Shown here piece by piece: positions 13,787 to 27,000 of a DNA stretch of 64,000 nucleotides (position 1 is its first letter; every line of letters starts with the position of its first letter). Made by a program: the position numbers and the translations under genes. The notes below the pieces were generated by a model. That model was not told the origin of the DNA and made no database searches. It was given only the letters and a program-made list of their open reading frames with translations. This DNA comes from Ancylonema sp. (lineage: Eukaryota), in the NCBI GenBank assembly GCA_050230475.1, contig JBFLGF010000098.1, forward strand, positions 1-64,000. The letters are read 5' to 3'.

Positions 13787-15419
13787 CATAGTTGCACGGA
13801 CCGGCAACACGGACCACGGTCGGACCGGGTCCCGAGTCGGGTCCCGAGTCGAGACCCGATCCGACCGGGGAACTTTTAGGGTATTTTTTCCATACATTTT
13901 TTTCGCGAAAAAAAAGGACTTGGGGCTTCATTTAATTCCTGTATCTCACACGTGTGATATCCATGTGTCATTTGTGGCTTGCAAAGTTGTAGCAAAAAAA
14001 AAAAAAAAAAGCATGTTCAGATCCAACCGTCCATTGAGATGGTGGAATTCAAAATTGTCAAAATAGCTAAAATTTTGGTGTAAGTTGGTACTTGGAAGTG
14101 TGTAATTCGGAGTGAGAAAATATTTTTGGGGAGTGACAAGTGAGGAGTGGGAAGTGGGGAGAGGGTGGTTGTTCAAGGTATTGTAGACAGTGAAGAGTGT
14201 TATGGGTGTAAAAGTAGAACAAATATTGCTGGTGTAGAAGTCGTAATGTTTTTTTTCCCGTTTCATAGAAGTATGGAGTTGTAGGCAAGAATAGATTTTG
14301 AGAAGGTTAGTAAACTACACATAGGGAAGTTACCCATTTATTTATGAAGGATAGGAAAGTGAGAAGTGAGAAATGTATTTGTAAGGTGGATAGAAGTTTG
14401 AGTACAAGGTTGTGAGCGTTGGGAAACAAAATCAGGATAATGTTTCTAATTCTACTTAATTTCATGATACGGTGACCCTTCATCAAATTTTTTTGAGCCT
14501 CACATGATTATCATTTCAGAATTACATTGTAACGTATAGAAAATGATTTTTTTTGGAGTGCTTCTCACCAGTCCAAATTAACTACAGTAAACCCTTGATA
14601 TAGTGACACTTGATCACGATATAGTGACATTTTTTATGCCCTTTTTCAAATCCTACATAAAAACATACTCGATATAGTGACAATCGCTATGGTGATACAC
14701 GTTATAGTGACCAAAATTTCCCCGTTTTTACTATTGCGATGTCACTATAGAGTGAAACCTGTCTAAATTAACGTTGTGAAATTCAATAACCTCCCAAATC
14801 TCATAGAAAATATTTTAATAATAAATTAATAACCTCTCTGAATCAATATTTTATACCTAGCCTGGCATTAGTACTTTGAAGAGGTTTTATTGTAGCGAGT
14901 GGATATTAGGACAAACGCTATATGTATGACCTACCTTCTTCAATAAAAACCTATGCGAACCCCATCTTGTTGCTCAAAGTAACCTACAATTCAATTTCCT
15001 TCGATATAGTGACATTGGCTCAATGTCGCCCTATCAAATGTCACTATATAGTGTATAGTGACACCCCTGGCATTCGATACAGTGATATTATTTTCCATTG
15101 TCTATAAAATTGTCACTATATCTAGGGTTTACTATACAACATTTTCTTAATTGATATATTTCGAAAGTGGTGATGCAATGATGCGTTGCAGGTTTTAATT
15201 ACTTATTTGATAGGTCTAACATTTTTTTCACACTTGTATAAGATGTGAAATGTAGATTTATTCGCGAAAAAAATACTTCAGGAGTTTTTTCTCCACGGTA
15301 AACACCTTAAAACCCCAAGAACCCTATATTACCCTAAACAGCCGGTCCGGATTTTTGACCCAAAAGGACGGGCCTCGGTCCGGAGTCGGGACCCCGGTCC
15401 GCCGGTCCTTGCAACTATG
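13787..15419. mobile_element. Non-autonomous hAT element (same TIR family as the 1267 MITE)
   Basis: TIRs CATAGTTGCA / TGCAACTATG; 8-bp TSD GAAAATAC / GAAAAGAC (7 of 8); GGACC subterminal repeats. Confidence 0.85.
14585..15134. mobile_element. Tc1/mariner (pogo-like) MITE nested in the hAT element
   Basis: TA|CAGTAAACCCTTGATATAGTGAC ... GTCACTATATCTAGGGTTTACTA|TA; multiple internal GATATAGTGAC repeats. Confidence 0.75.
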
Positions 15420-16930
15420 GAAAAGACCCGAGTAAAGAACTAAGTAATATGTCAAATGCAAAATATGCGATATGCGACACATCACATCCCGCGTCTAATA
15501 ACAATTGTACTACGACTGTGACTGTTGATCCATGAGTTGACTCGTCGGGACACATCGAAGACTCGAAGCTCTGTCAGGTTGAGTCACTGCCAACTCATGC
15601 TGCGCCACGTGCACAGTCTTCGGTGTTCAACATCCCGAGGCCAGGCCGAAATGTTCAGACCCCCGTATTGTCGACAATCTACTCGTTACAACAGACAGAT
15701 TCCTTGAGAAGCCCGAAACAACTTGCCAGTGAAGAAATGTTTTCTGGCCAAGACATACTCGACCACCAAAAGCAGGAGCATTCAGGCTTGCTATTCTGTC
15801 GAAAGCTCCAAACAATGTACGTACGCGGCGCGTATGTACTTTGTTTGGAGCCTCCAGGCTGTATCTCTGCTTTTGATAGTCGAGTGATTTATGCCAAGGA
15901 GTTTATCAGTAGTTGACAAGCGTATCGAAGGGCTTTGCACAGGTTCTAGTCACGCGATAAAATAATAGAATATGCTCACGAAACTCCACAATTGACCCTT
16001 CGATATCATGCCATCAGTTTCACGATAAATATGCCAAGCAACGAAACAAGCACATTGACTTTCAGACGATCCGCCTACACGTCCTTGTTTTGTTTTCAAG
16101 GAGGCTCCGATTTCAGACTGCGATGTCACCTCCTCATCTCCCTGAGCTTCCTCCGAAAAATATGATCGTTAAATCTACGCTGCTTTTTGTCGGAATGGTC
16201 CTCAACTTTTTCATGCCCGCAGGTCTGTTGATTGTATTTTTTGCTCAATCATTTATCAGCGTCTTGCATTGTGCAATTCCCGACTTCACTATGTGCGAGA
16301 TTTCCGAAATAAATTAATATTTCGAAAGAGTTCGATACATTAACTGTGATGTTGTCGCCATGTGAGGCAGCGGCCCAGCTGGAGACTTTGCTCATCATAA
16401 AAATGACTGGAGCGGAGCAAGTTGGTTTTCCTGCTGACCCTGATGGCAAGGGCACTTGTTACTTGAACTTCGACTACGAGGTGCTCTACGGTCTTTTCAT
16501 ATCCGACATTCAAACAATTTATAATGCAGTTCAGAATTTGACTCGTAATCGTTGATGTGAACATAATATCGTGTTTCTCAAATGACAAGCTCCAGCACAA
16601 GCTGAATTTTTTATTGGGACATTCATTCGGAATTATCTACTTCGAGTCTTGAAATTATCGATGATGATATATATGATTGTGCGGTTCGATTTTGTTTTTC
16701 GCAGGTCATCTCCATTGAATTCAATTGCTACTTCGAAAGAATTTCCGAGCCTGAACGGCTCCAGATTATGTTCGGCAACTGGCTATCGAACTCAGTCACA
16801 GCATGCACAAAGATCGATCTCCTGAAGGGGAAGACCGGTTTCAAGAGTCCCAAGTACGGATATTATCAGGTTTGAAATCAGCGATGTCAGACACCCGTTA
16901 CACCGAATATACATTATACAGTTTTTGTAA

Positions 16931-17044
<114 letters not shown>

Positions 17045-19676
17045 ATGTTATATCATGCTATACCATTGTATTATATATCATTATGATTATTTTGTCATGT
17101 ATGAAGTACGTCTCGTCAAAATCATGGCTGTCAAATATTTTATTTCCCGTACCTAAATTGCAGAATTCAGAGAGATGATCCCGAAAGTGCCCCGGAAATG
17201 CTCCAAAATTCAATGAGATCTCATTTGACTCAAACTCATCACACCACTAAGATATGATTCCATAGGATTGCGCAATCTAGAAATCAGTGCACCCGTGCTG
17301 CTACAGTGTATGGGTGTGAAGCCCAAAATGTCGTGAAGGGTTTATCGCCGTCGTTCCCCATCGATAGCGTCACTAGCGGACACGATCTTCCCAATCGGGC
17401 GCAAATGATTTCCGCCCCACTAAAGGCGCAACGGGTTTTGTGTGGCTGTAGGTATACGGTGTGTTTGCCACATCGAATGGGGCCCTCAACGCCATTTTAG
17501 GCACTCCTTCAGCCTATTTTGTTGAGGTGCGGACGCGGCAGTTCCGAAGAGGTGATTTCTTATTGTACCTTTTCCACCGTCGGATGAACATCTCGATTGC
17601 GGGTGCATTGAGAGCGGCAAACCGAACGCATTTAAGTTATTGAACCAAATATTTTCCGAACCATTTTTAAAATCGCTCCATGTAATCGTTAGTGCTCATT
17701 TTTGGGATGATCATCGGGATTAAAAAAGTGCTCACAAGTTATTTTCAAGTCGCATTGTACGGAACGGATGTACGGACTACATGTACGGAAGTACGAAGGA
17801 CTATTGAACCACCTATTGATGCGTGTGCAGAGTGTCCCGGTCATACGGGCGGAACACCGGCTGAAACCGGCCAAGTGTATTGCGGGGGTAAGTGTATGCC
17901 ACGTGTAATCAAGAATGTCGCCAATTTGTAATCTTCTCTTTGGTGGAAGACTTCCCACGTGTGAGAAGTGCTTCCATGTACATGAAGTGGGCTTCGTGTG
18001 AGACCATCTTTCTTTTCAAATAATTTTCCGGAAAATAAAGTATCAAAAGGTGAACTCTTCTTTGTGTAAGTGCCACCGCGATTGACGTAAGTAGGGCATG
18101 ACAAGCTTTTGAAGTGTACCGTAGAGTCCTTCCCCTTCTACCCTGCTTTGTCCTCATTCAATCGAAGGTGTATGTGTTTTGTAGGAGCGTTGCGCGGACA
18201 ACTCCAGGTTCAACATGGAGGTTTCTATGCGACATATAGGTGGATAATAATAATAAGAAGAAATTATCAAACACGCAGTCGTTCTCTTGGATCACATCAA
18301 TTGAAATATGTTTTCCTTTCATATATAAGCTGAGGTAGCTAGTTAGTTTCCGACTTAATCTAGCGCAATGGAGCATGCATTCATTTTTGGAACTTAGAGA
18401 TTTTAAAGCTTTACTTTCTCAACACGTGGTCAACACATATGGCAAGAATGGTCGCATGTCGAGACGACCTTCATAGGACCACTTCACACTATGAGATCAA
18501 TAGGGTGTGAGGAAAGTATATCGTGCAAACGGCATTGATTTCCCCCCAATATGTTGTTCTTCGTTGTACTATTGCAGCGATCGCAATTTGGCGAATCCGC
18601 CCTAAAGAAGGGTTGGGATATGATTGGTGATCATATGCCGTGTGCGACGTTTCATTGGCGACATCGGTCGTGGCACAAGCTTGAGGGAGGAATAGTTGGG
18701 AATAATTTTAGAGAGAATGTCATCAGTGGTTCTCTATTATAGAGTTGACTTCTGTTTGGTATTTGGTGGTTGATAAGGTTTGATTTTAGCACAAGGGATC
18801 AACATGCCATAGATAATTCACGGCTCACTCCTTCCCCTTAATACCGTACCGGGCACACTACTATTTCATGTTTTTTCAAAACGATTCTTTTGCTTAATGT
18901 GTTGTTGTTCCGGGATATCAACTCATAAAATTCAGAAAATTGAACTGATTTGAATGATCTATAGCAAACGATTATACCATTTCAGGAAGTTATACAAAAA
19001 TGTTTTGCGTATTTCAATGATTGTTTACAAATCATACCGTGTGCCTAATACTAACCATTTGGTCACATGTTGAAATACTCCGCATATTTCCGATCAATTT
19101 CTTTACATGCAACCTCTTCTCTCCGATTTTTGGATTTTGGTCGGCTAGTTTTGTTGACAATCGTCTCATTTGAAACTAAACATTTTAGGGAGTGATTTGG
19201 TGGTGAAGCAAGGAATTATATTGGGCATGTTTCAATTCGGCAATGCTTACATCATTCTTTTAATTGATAGCGTGATGGAAATTGTCATTTGCGAAAAACA
19301 CGTGACGAGGCCAATGGAGAGCGTGATGTTTAGTTTGTATTTCATCTCTCTTGGGGCCCAATTCCGTGTAGCAGAGCCGTTCCTTCATGTCAAGAACATG
19401 TTCTTCCAAGTCCACCGCTAATTCCATTTTCCTACAACTCCTAGTCTAAAAACACCCCTCGGGTGATTGATGTCGGCTTAAAAAATGCTTGGTTCTCTTC
19501 CCTGCAACAGCAAAAATTCCGGCTTTCGCCAGAAACCCTCCAACAACTAGATCCTGGAATAAATAGTCTCCGAACTCGCTTATTCACCACCCCTCCACTC
19601 CGACTCAAAACTGAATAATTTATGATGGCCAATCACAAGGGTCGGTTCTACGACCTGCTGATCACATCTACGAGCT

Positions 19677-22600
19677 CTAGGTGGCCCCCTTCACTCCGCG
19701 CGGGAAAAACACTCCATTCGTCTTCCCCGCCCCGCCAAAAACGGTCGCCAACACCTTTGCAGGCGTCCGGGAATACGCCACCGCGTCGGATCCACTCGGC
19801 ACCAAATTATGAAGGTCGCCATCCTTCCCCCTCCCGAGGAAGGCGCGGAAGGCAGAGGCTGCGTCCACTAGGGTGTCCACCGTGGCTCCATAGGGGAAGA
19901 CGATCTCCTCCAGAGCAAGAGAGAGGAGGGTGCGGATGGCACCCGCGTGGTACGCTTCTGTGGCCATAATGCCAGAGGCAGTCTGCGGGAGAGAAGGAAG
20001 AGAAAGGTAAGGTACGGGAAGTGGTACAGGGAGGGAGGTGATATGTAACCTGATATATATGTAACCTATACATAATCTATATGTAACCTGAAATGTAACC
20101 TATATGTAACATATGTATGTAACCTATATGTAACATATATGTAACCCCGTTCTGGTGACGTCACCTCCTGTCCACCAAACTTGTGTCGTAAAAGTTGTGG
20201 CCTTGTTTGTTGGACCAGGTTCATTGCTCGCGACCATGGCTTAGTCTATTGCGAGACCAAAATAGGACGAGGAGGTATCTCATGCATGTCACAAATCGGG
20301 AGTCCAGTCCCCAGTCCTGTGCCTCAAAAGTGTACCCACTGCTGAAATGACCTGAGAGAGGTGTGATACCACCAGACAGATCCTGACAACATACAGTAAG
20401 GGGTCGAATACTTTTCAGAGCTTCTTCTGGTTCCCATTTAACAGTCAACAGTTCATGCCATCCATCCCATCTGTCGCTAACCGGAAGAACAAGTTTTGAA
20501 ACGAGTCCCAGAGCGTAGTGGTAGGCCGTGACACCGACGTCCTCAAAAAGGAAGGCTCCGAGGTAGAAGAGAAGGTCGTCTTCATATCTGTGGGCCAACC
20601 AGGAGGGGGAATCAGAAAAGAAGGAGGACACGGTGATCCTCTCCATCAACCACCAAATTCAACCTCTTTTCTTTTTCCTTCTTCCTTCCATGCTTTCATC
20701 CCGATGTAGCGATCCGAATCAACGATGTAAAAAACGATGAAAACCAACGCCGGCAATCAGCTGGAGGGAGCAGTGAGACAGGGACACGTGTGACTCACGG
20801 AGAGAAGGGCACGGGGAGGGAGGTGACATTCAGCGCCCCGAGAACGACTGCTTGAAAGGCAGGACCAATGTCCACGACCGGACACGAGAAAGCATGTACG
20901 CCCAGGGCGGCTCGGATGAGTACCACGTGCGCGATTTCGTCCGCGGCAATGTCTTGCGCGAGGAGAGACGCCTTGGCGCTGAGCAAAGCCTTCTTTCCTC
21001 CGATCGCTCGCGCACCTCGGCCGCCTTGCTTGCGGGTCAGGCCTTTGCCGTGGGCGGCCCAGGAGTAGAATTGCGCCTCCAGGCACTCTGGACACGGTGC
21101 GGGACGGTCACAGTGTTAAGGACCTCGTTATAGAGGACAGTTGGGGACGATTTGGGACGATTTAAAACGATTCGGGACGATTCGGGACGATTTTTTTGCG
21201 ACGTTTTGATGGTACATTTTTCGGATTGGGTGATTTTTGTAAGAGAAATTTACTTTGAGAAACATTCTGTGCCATTTTTTTGTTGTTTTCTACATCGGGG
21301 TTTCCTCCTGTATCGGAGTGACGTCACGGTGAGGGACGAGGTTGGGGGGGACTTGTGTAGATTTGATGGCGAGGAAAGAAACTGATTCAAATTCAAAGTG
21401 TTGGAGTGGGAGAGTGAGTTTCGTGAGTAGTGATTCATTTCGCCTGCTTCCGTTTCCTCACCAAGGTTGAGCGCAAACTGCAGAACGGCAATGTCGGTTT
21501 CGGTGAACACTGGCGGGGCAGCGTACTGCAGAACAGCAAACTCAGTGTCAGTGGATCCGAAATGGATACTCTGCAAACGAAGTGGGTGACAAACGACCCG
21601 AAAATCTGAGAGAGTGATTTTTTTTGTACGTGCCCTTTTCAGAACACCTGCTGGATTCGAATTTAGAACGCAAAAGGAGGAGGAACTCACAGCAGCACAG
21701 CTGGCGGGGGAGGCCTTGGGGCAGCCGCGCACGTTACAAATGCTCTGGGGAGCAACGGGGTCGGGGCCCAGACTGCATACCGAGGAATGGGGGTGGGGGG
21801 GGGGGTCAGGTAACAACATGTGGTACAGGAATCGCCAGCGACGAGTGCAACAAAAACGCGACCTCCACGTCATGGACCTCCGCAGCACAGTGCGATACTC
21901 ATTCTACGTTCGATGTTCTATGTTCGATGTTGAGGGGACAGCGCAGAGGTGTATGACGGGTGGACATGAGGAACTCACACAGCAGGCGCGGAGCATCTTC
22001 GCCCGAAGAGCCCAGTGAGGCCATTGGCCACGATGGTGACGTCAACTGCCGACACGCCGTACGCGGCGGCGGAGGCCCCCACTTGGGAGATGAAATACGT
22101 CGTCTGCGGGTTGTTGAGCTTCATGAACTTGTGCGTCTCGTACATGCTGGCGTCCCCGCCGTACGCGGGGAAGGTGGTGGATCACACGGCGGAGCAACCG
22201 AGGAGGGTGCCGAAGAGGTGGTAGAGGTGGGTGAGGAGCATTCACTGGTTGGAGGTGCACCCGGTGTCGGCATCGTTGGAAGGCTGGGAGGGGGAGGGAG
22301 GGGGGGTTCAGGTGAGGCGAATTCAGATCAGGGTGGTCGCGGGAAAATGCATAACGGCGGTTCCAAGATTGATCCGTAACGCTACCTAGAGAGAGTAATA
22401 TTTGCACCTTGTTCTTAGTGAGGGGAGCCGCTCCTCCATTGTCCAGGAAGTTAACATTACTGGGCTTGCCATCCTCATTGGTGGATTTTGCGGTTCCATC
22501 GAAGAACTGGAGAAGGCTAACTAGTTCGCCATTGACGGTCGCGTTCGCCAGGATACCCGGGACAACCAAGTCGGTGGGGGTTTTTGTATAATTTCCGATC

Positions 22601-23115
22601 ACAACAGTATTGACAAGGATTGTGAGGAGAAAATACTCATGGGCGGGTAAGGTATCGCCGAGAACAGCCGTGGAGTAGTAATCCTGCGAGTAGATAGGGA
22701 ATTGACGATGAGATACATCACAAAGAGGTGTGAATCCCGCAAATGCTACACCAAGCACAGCCAAAGTGGATAGGAGGAAGGGAAGACAGAATAAACTAGC
22801 TGCACGTATATCAGAGCTGCGTCCGGATGTCCTGATGCCACTGGAAAGGGTAAGGAGATATGCTCACGCAGATAGTTATGTTAGCAGGGCGTTCAGCGGT
22901 ACTGCAAGCAGGAAAACAGGGACGTGCACAAGGCGAGGGATAGTAAGTAGACTAAATGTACAGCAGGCAACGAGAGAGACGGTGGATACAGTCATTCGTC
23001 AGCGTCAACGACGGCGCTCAGACGGCCCTCTCTGACAAACGGGAGCTAGGATCACTCACCTGGTGCCCGCGAAAGCGAGCAAGCACGCCAAGATAGCAAC
23101 CAGGCTGAACTTCAT
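19677..23115 (-). pseudogene. 9-exon secreted fusion: signal peptide + truncated-globin-like domain + desiccation-related (PCC13-62/DRP) ferritin-like domain; two in-frame TGA in exon 4. Exons 23115-23060, 22901-22868, 22683-22408, 22283-21979, 21772-21691, 21525-21462, 21087-20799, 20587-20482, 19982-19677
   Basis: All introns GT-AG with compatible phases. N-terminus MKFSLVAILACLLAFAGTSTA. Ferritin-like DRP motifs LQFALNLECLEAQFY, ADEIAHV, FEDVGVTAY, EAYHAGAIRTLL, FFPRGVKG. TGAs at 22244-22242 and 22184-22182. Confidence 0.8.
20040..20145. repeat. ATATGTAACC-type minisatellite in the last intron of the fusion gene
   Basis: About 8 imperfect ATGTAAC units visible. Confidence 0.8.
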
Positions 23116-23754
23116 TTTGATTATGTGAGTAGCGTGCCAACAACGAGAGGCGATCTGCGACGAAACTCCGTAATGAAGTGGCGATGTAGCTTCAACTGGA
23201 GATGAATTGGAGCCAGGTCGGGATTTCAGCTGGAGTGAGAAGCAATCAGAAGACTGACGTGACTGACTGCAGAGCGATAGACGGGGGAACATACCGTACC
23301 CGATTTAGATGAAGTCTGATGGCTAGTGGTCGAAAATAAATTGGGACGCTGCGATTGTCACACGTGTTTTTTGTTGAGGTACAGCCAAGAAGATAAAACA
23401 AAATTCAGCGCTGTGCTAAATGTTCCGGATTGGGTTTGTTACTTGTCGGGACTCTGCTGGCCACCTACACAGATGCTGATAGCCCGGATGCGGTATCTCG
23501 TGCGAGAGAAGCATCCAATTCGAGCACGTGTCAGCAATAATCTCGTACTTTTTTATATTTTCTGGTGGATTAACAATCACCGACAATACCAGCGGCACGC
23601 GGGACACGCCACTGCACGATACGCCAAACACTGTGGGCAAGCTGCCAATTTAGACCGGCTTGTACATTCGAGCTAGGATTGGGCCCCCTCTTCCGCACGT
23701 GACTACCGCCTTGACGTGAAAGGTGTGTTTCACTGTACGGATTAACGAGCGCAT

Positions 23755-24010
23755 GAGCCCAAGATCAGTGGGGAGTCCGGAGTCTAATGAGCCCGGAGCC
23801 CTTAAGCTCCAGGCTCATTGAGCTCGGAGCCCAAAGGATGGAAAAATCCTAGCCTCTGAACCTAAAGAGCCCAAAGAGGCCGGAGCCCAAATCGGAGCCC
23901 GGAGCTCGGAGCCTGGAGCCCAACTCTGTTGGGCTCATTTGGGCTCCTGTGCACTCATTTGAGCTCATCTGGGCTGGTTTGGGCACATTTGGGCTCATTC
24001 TGGCTCAATT
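23755..24010. repeat. GAGCCC/GGGCTC inverted repeat array, probable DNA-transposon terminus
   Basis: Many GGAGCCC units followed by TTTGGGCTC units in the opposite orientation. Confidence 0.5.
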
Positions 24011-27000
24011 GAATGTGAAATCATAAATTTGGGAAAAAGGGTTTTCGTTTTTCAGGGAATAGGTGATTGACGATGTATGATTCTCTGTCGCCGACTCGTT
24101 GCGTCAGTGACTTCATTGTTGAGTTTGTGACCGCAGTCAATCAATCATACTATATATTCTTACAGCAATACATCATCACTGACGTTCACTATTTTTTGTT
24201 GTGTTGCCAATAAGTATTTGTGTGTGAGTTGTAAAAAGTAGGGAGCAGACATGGTCGACAACGACTTAGATCCGGAGCTTGCCGACGCTTTGCTTGTTAT
24301 GCAAGAAGCACTGGATAGTCTAAAGGAAAAATAGAAGCTACAAAACGAGCAAACGGAGAAGATGTCTGAAAAATACCTCTGGATACATCATTTCCGCAAA
24401 CGTCCTAGAATTTATGGGAAGAGTAGAGCGTCTCTGGACGTTCACGCGGAACATGGATACGCCGTCTCGAAACCGACTCAAAACGGAGACCATGTTGAAG
24501 CTCTGTATCATACAAGCAGCCATGCAGAAACGTGCGCTGGAAAAGGAAGTGGCGAGGGCGACCCAAGGGGGAGGGAAGGCAGCACCTCTCGCAATACGGA
24601 TGCAGGTGAAGTACTGCCGCTTTAATCGACAGCGGACGTTTCAGAGGCGGCGCGTGAAGGAACCATGGTAGCGTCGATGAAAGCATCCGCGGATGAGAGG
24701 GTTGCATTGGAAGAAGCCATTGAGTTGGAGGGGTTGGATGATTTGGAGGAGCCTTGGAACTGGATTGGGCATTCCACCCTACCTCCAGACGGTGACGTCA
24801 ACGAAAGCGATGCCACATCTTTTATGGGGGAGAAGAGTCCGTTGAAAGAGGTATTCATGTCTAGTTTGGGTGGGAAGTAGACTTAGTAGTCTTAGTAGCC
24901 TCACACGCTAGGAGTTGGTGCAATGGTTAGTGTGGTACATATGTATTTTACACGATTGATCAATATAAATGCTTTGTATCACTTTCACTCACTTGACTCA
25001 CGTGCCGAAAATATGTTTTGTTCCAAAGGCACGCACTCTTTCTTTTTTTTTGCTTAATATTGTCCCTTAGGGAAATAGTAAATAATCCTATGCAATCTCG
25101 AAGATAGCAGTGAAAGATAATCACCATGCCAATCTACATCTACCTCTATTTCGGACTCAGAGTGTGAAACTTCCAACACCAGTTCTGAAAACGATTACCC
25201 TTTCTCATTCTTAGTACAAGTGGACTACATGGAGGAAGACACCAATACAATTTCACTTGGTTCCGGCTCTACAGATTCTTCATCCACAAATGCCACTACC
25301 ATCCACGACGACAAAAACAACAAGACGCTACCAAATTTACCCTACAACCTTCCGATTGACTTGAAAGATCCCCATCCTCAACACAATGTTCAAATGATAC
25401 ATTACCAAGATGACACTATACTACGTTTATGTCCACCACATTCAGCTCCGAAAATACCATCAAAGAAGAACATGTCTCATAACCAATCAAGACAACGTGT
25501 GATGAAAAATACTTGTTCATCAAAGGCATTTATGGTTTTGCAAAACACAAGTTACCTTTAACATGGGAATCTGAATCCAAAATATTTTCCCTTCCAAATG
25601 TCTGCACACCCTGATGCTGTGATGTCTGCACACCCTGATGCTGTGATGACTACACATCCAACAATATCGACAACTTGTCATTTTTCAAATTCTGAGAGCA
25701 ACCCTTGTGCTACATCATTACATGCTACAATTTGTGACTGTGATCCTGATCACTTTACCCTTTTATGTTGATTACCCATATGTGAACGCATAGCTCTTCA
25801 ATCTGGGGGGGGGGAGTTACGATATTCCAGCCTCCTATCTGCACCTCCACTACATCGACAAGACCCCTTTTACCTTCATCGACTGATTCCATCATCGATG
25901 ACCCATTTACCCTACCGATCTCATTTGGCACGTCAGCTGTCATGCCTATATGAATCTTCAGCTAGAAACCCCTGTGTTTTAATCACAATATTAAAATAGC
26001 CGCACCGCTATGTTTTTCCGCCTTGTCACGACTCCGCCCCCGCTCATTACATTCCGAGCTTCGTCGGTGACCGGCGCCCTTTTATTAAAAATTCGAGTAG
26101 TCAACCTTTGACTAGCACCCCTTTGTATTTAAATTGATTAGACTACGTGTCAGACTTGTCGTCAATAGCAATCGTGATCGTAGCTCTTTAGATCAACAAC
26201 TCATAACCACTTAGAGATGTCTGCAACAAATTATAGCGTGCGCACCGAGTTGATTTAGAGATTTCCTGCCACGCGTATCCCAGCGAGCGCGCGAGTAGAA
26301 TATTCGAGTTTGACAATAAAGACCTTGTACAACTTTCAAATCTCAGCTTTCGCTGAATTTGACGCTGAAGAGATTTCCTTGCACACCATTTTTTTCTTCG
26401 GCACTCTGAATTATTTGCCTTGCGTAATCTGTGATATTTTGCTTTCGCAAACATCGTGTGTATCGAGCGTTCGCTCATTTGTGATTACTTTGCATCAAGC
26501 TGTCGTTTTTCAATTTGTTAATTACCCTCGTTACCAAAGTTATCGATTGTCTGACCTGCTGCGCAGTCAGAAATCAGCGTTCGCTCATCCGTGCAATCCA
26601 TTCGCACATCTCTTTTGTTGCTATTGACAAGCTTTGCAAAACGGTATCATAATCGATTGCTTGCTGATCAAGATTCGTCGCATCTGTTGCTGTAATCTTG
26701 TGTCGCTCTCGTTACTTTTAAGCCGTCAAGTAAGAGCAGCGTGTGATAGCTTGCTAGTAGTGAGTAGTACAACGAATAAAGCTCGAAAACTGCCTCGTTT
26801 GTGTGATTGTTTACAATCACTGCCGGATTCAAGCGAGCATCGTACTCTGAGTTACAAGATTCCAGCCTCCTATCTGCACCTACACTGCATCGAAAAAACC
26901 CCTTTCAGTCGATACTTTGTGTGCGATTACCCCTTCATCGACTGATTCCATCATCGATGACCCATTTACCCTACCGATCTCATCTGGCACGTCAAACTTG

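Noticed and set aside
22042..22764. 240-aa minus ORF as a stand-alone gene
   Set aside because: It is exon 3 of the fusion gene plus intron read-through; the real exon 4 is in a different frame.
24251..24880. Broken coding-like stretch (MVDNDLDPELADALL...)
   Set aside because: Interrupted by a stop and frame changes, no family recognised; likely decayed TE cargo.
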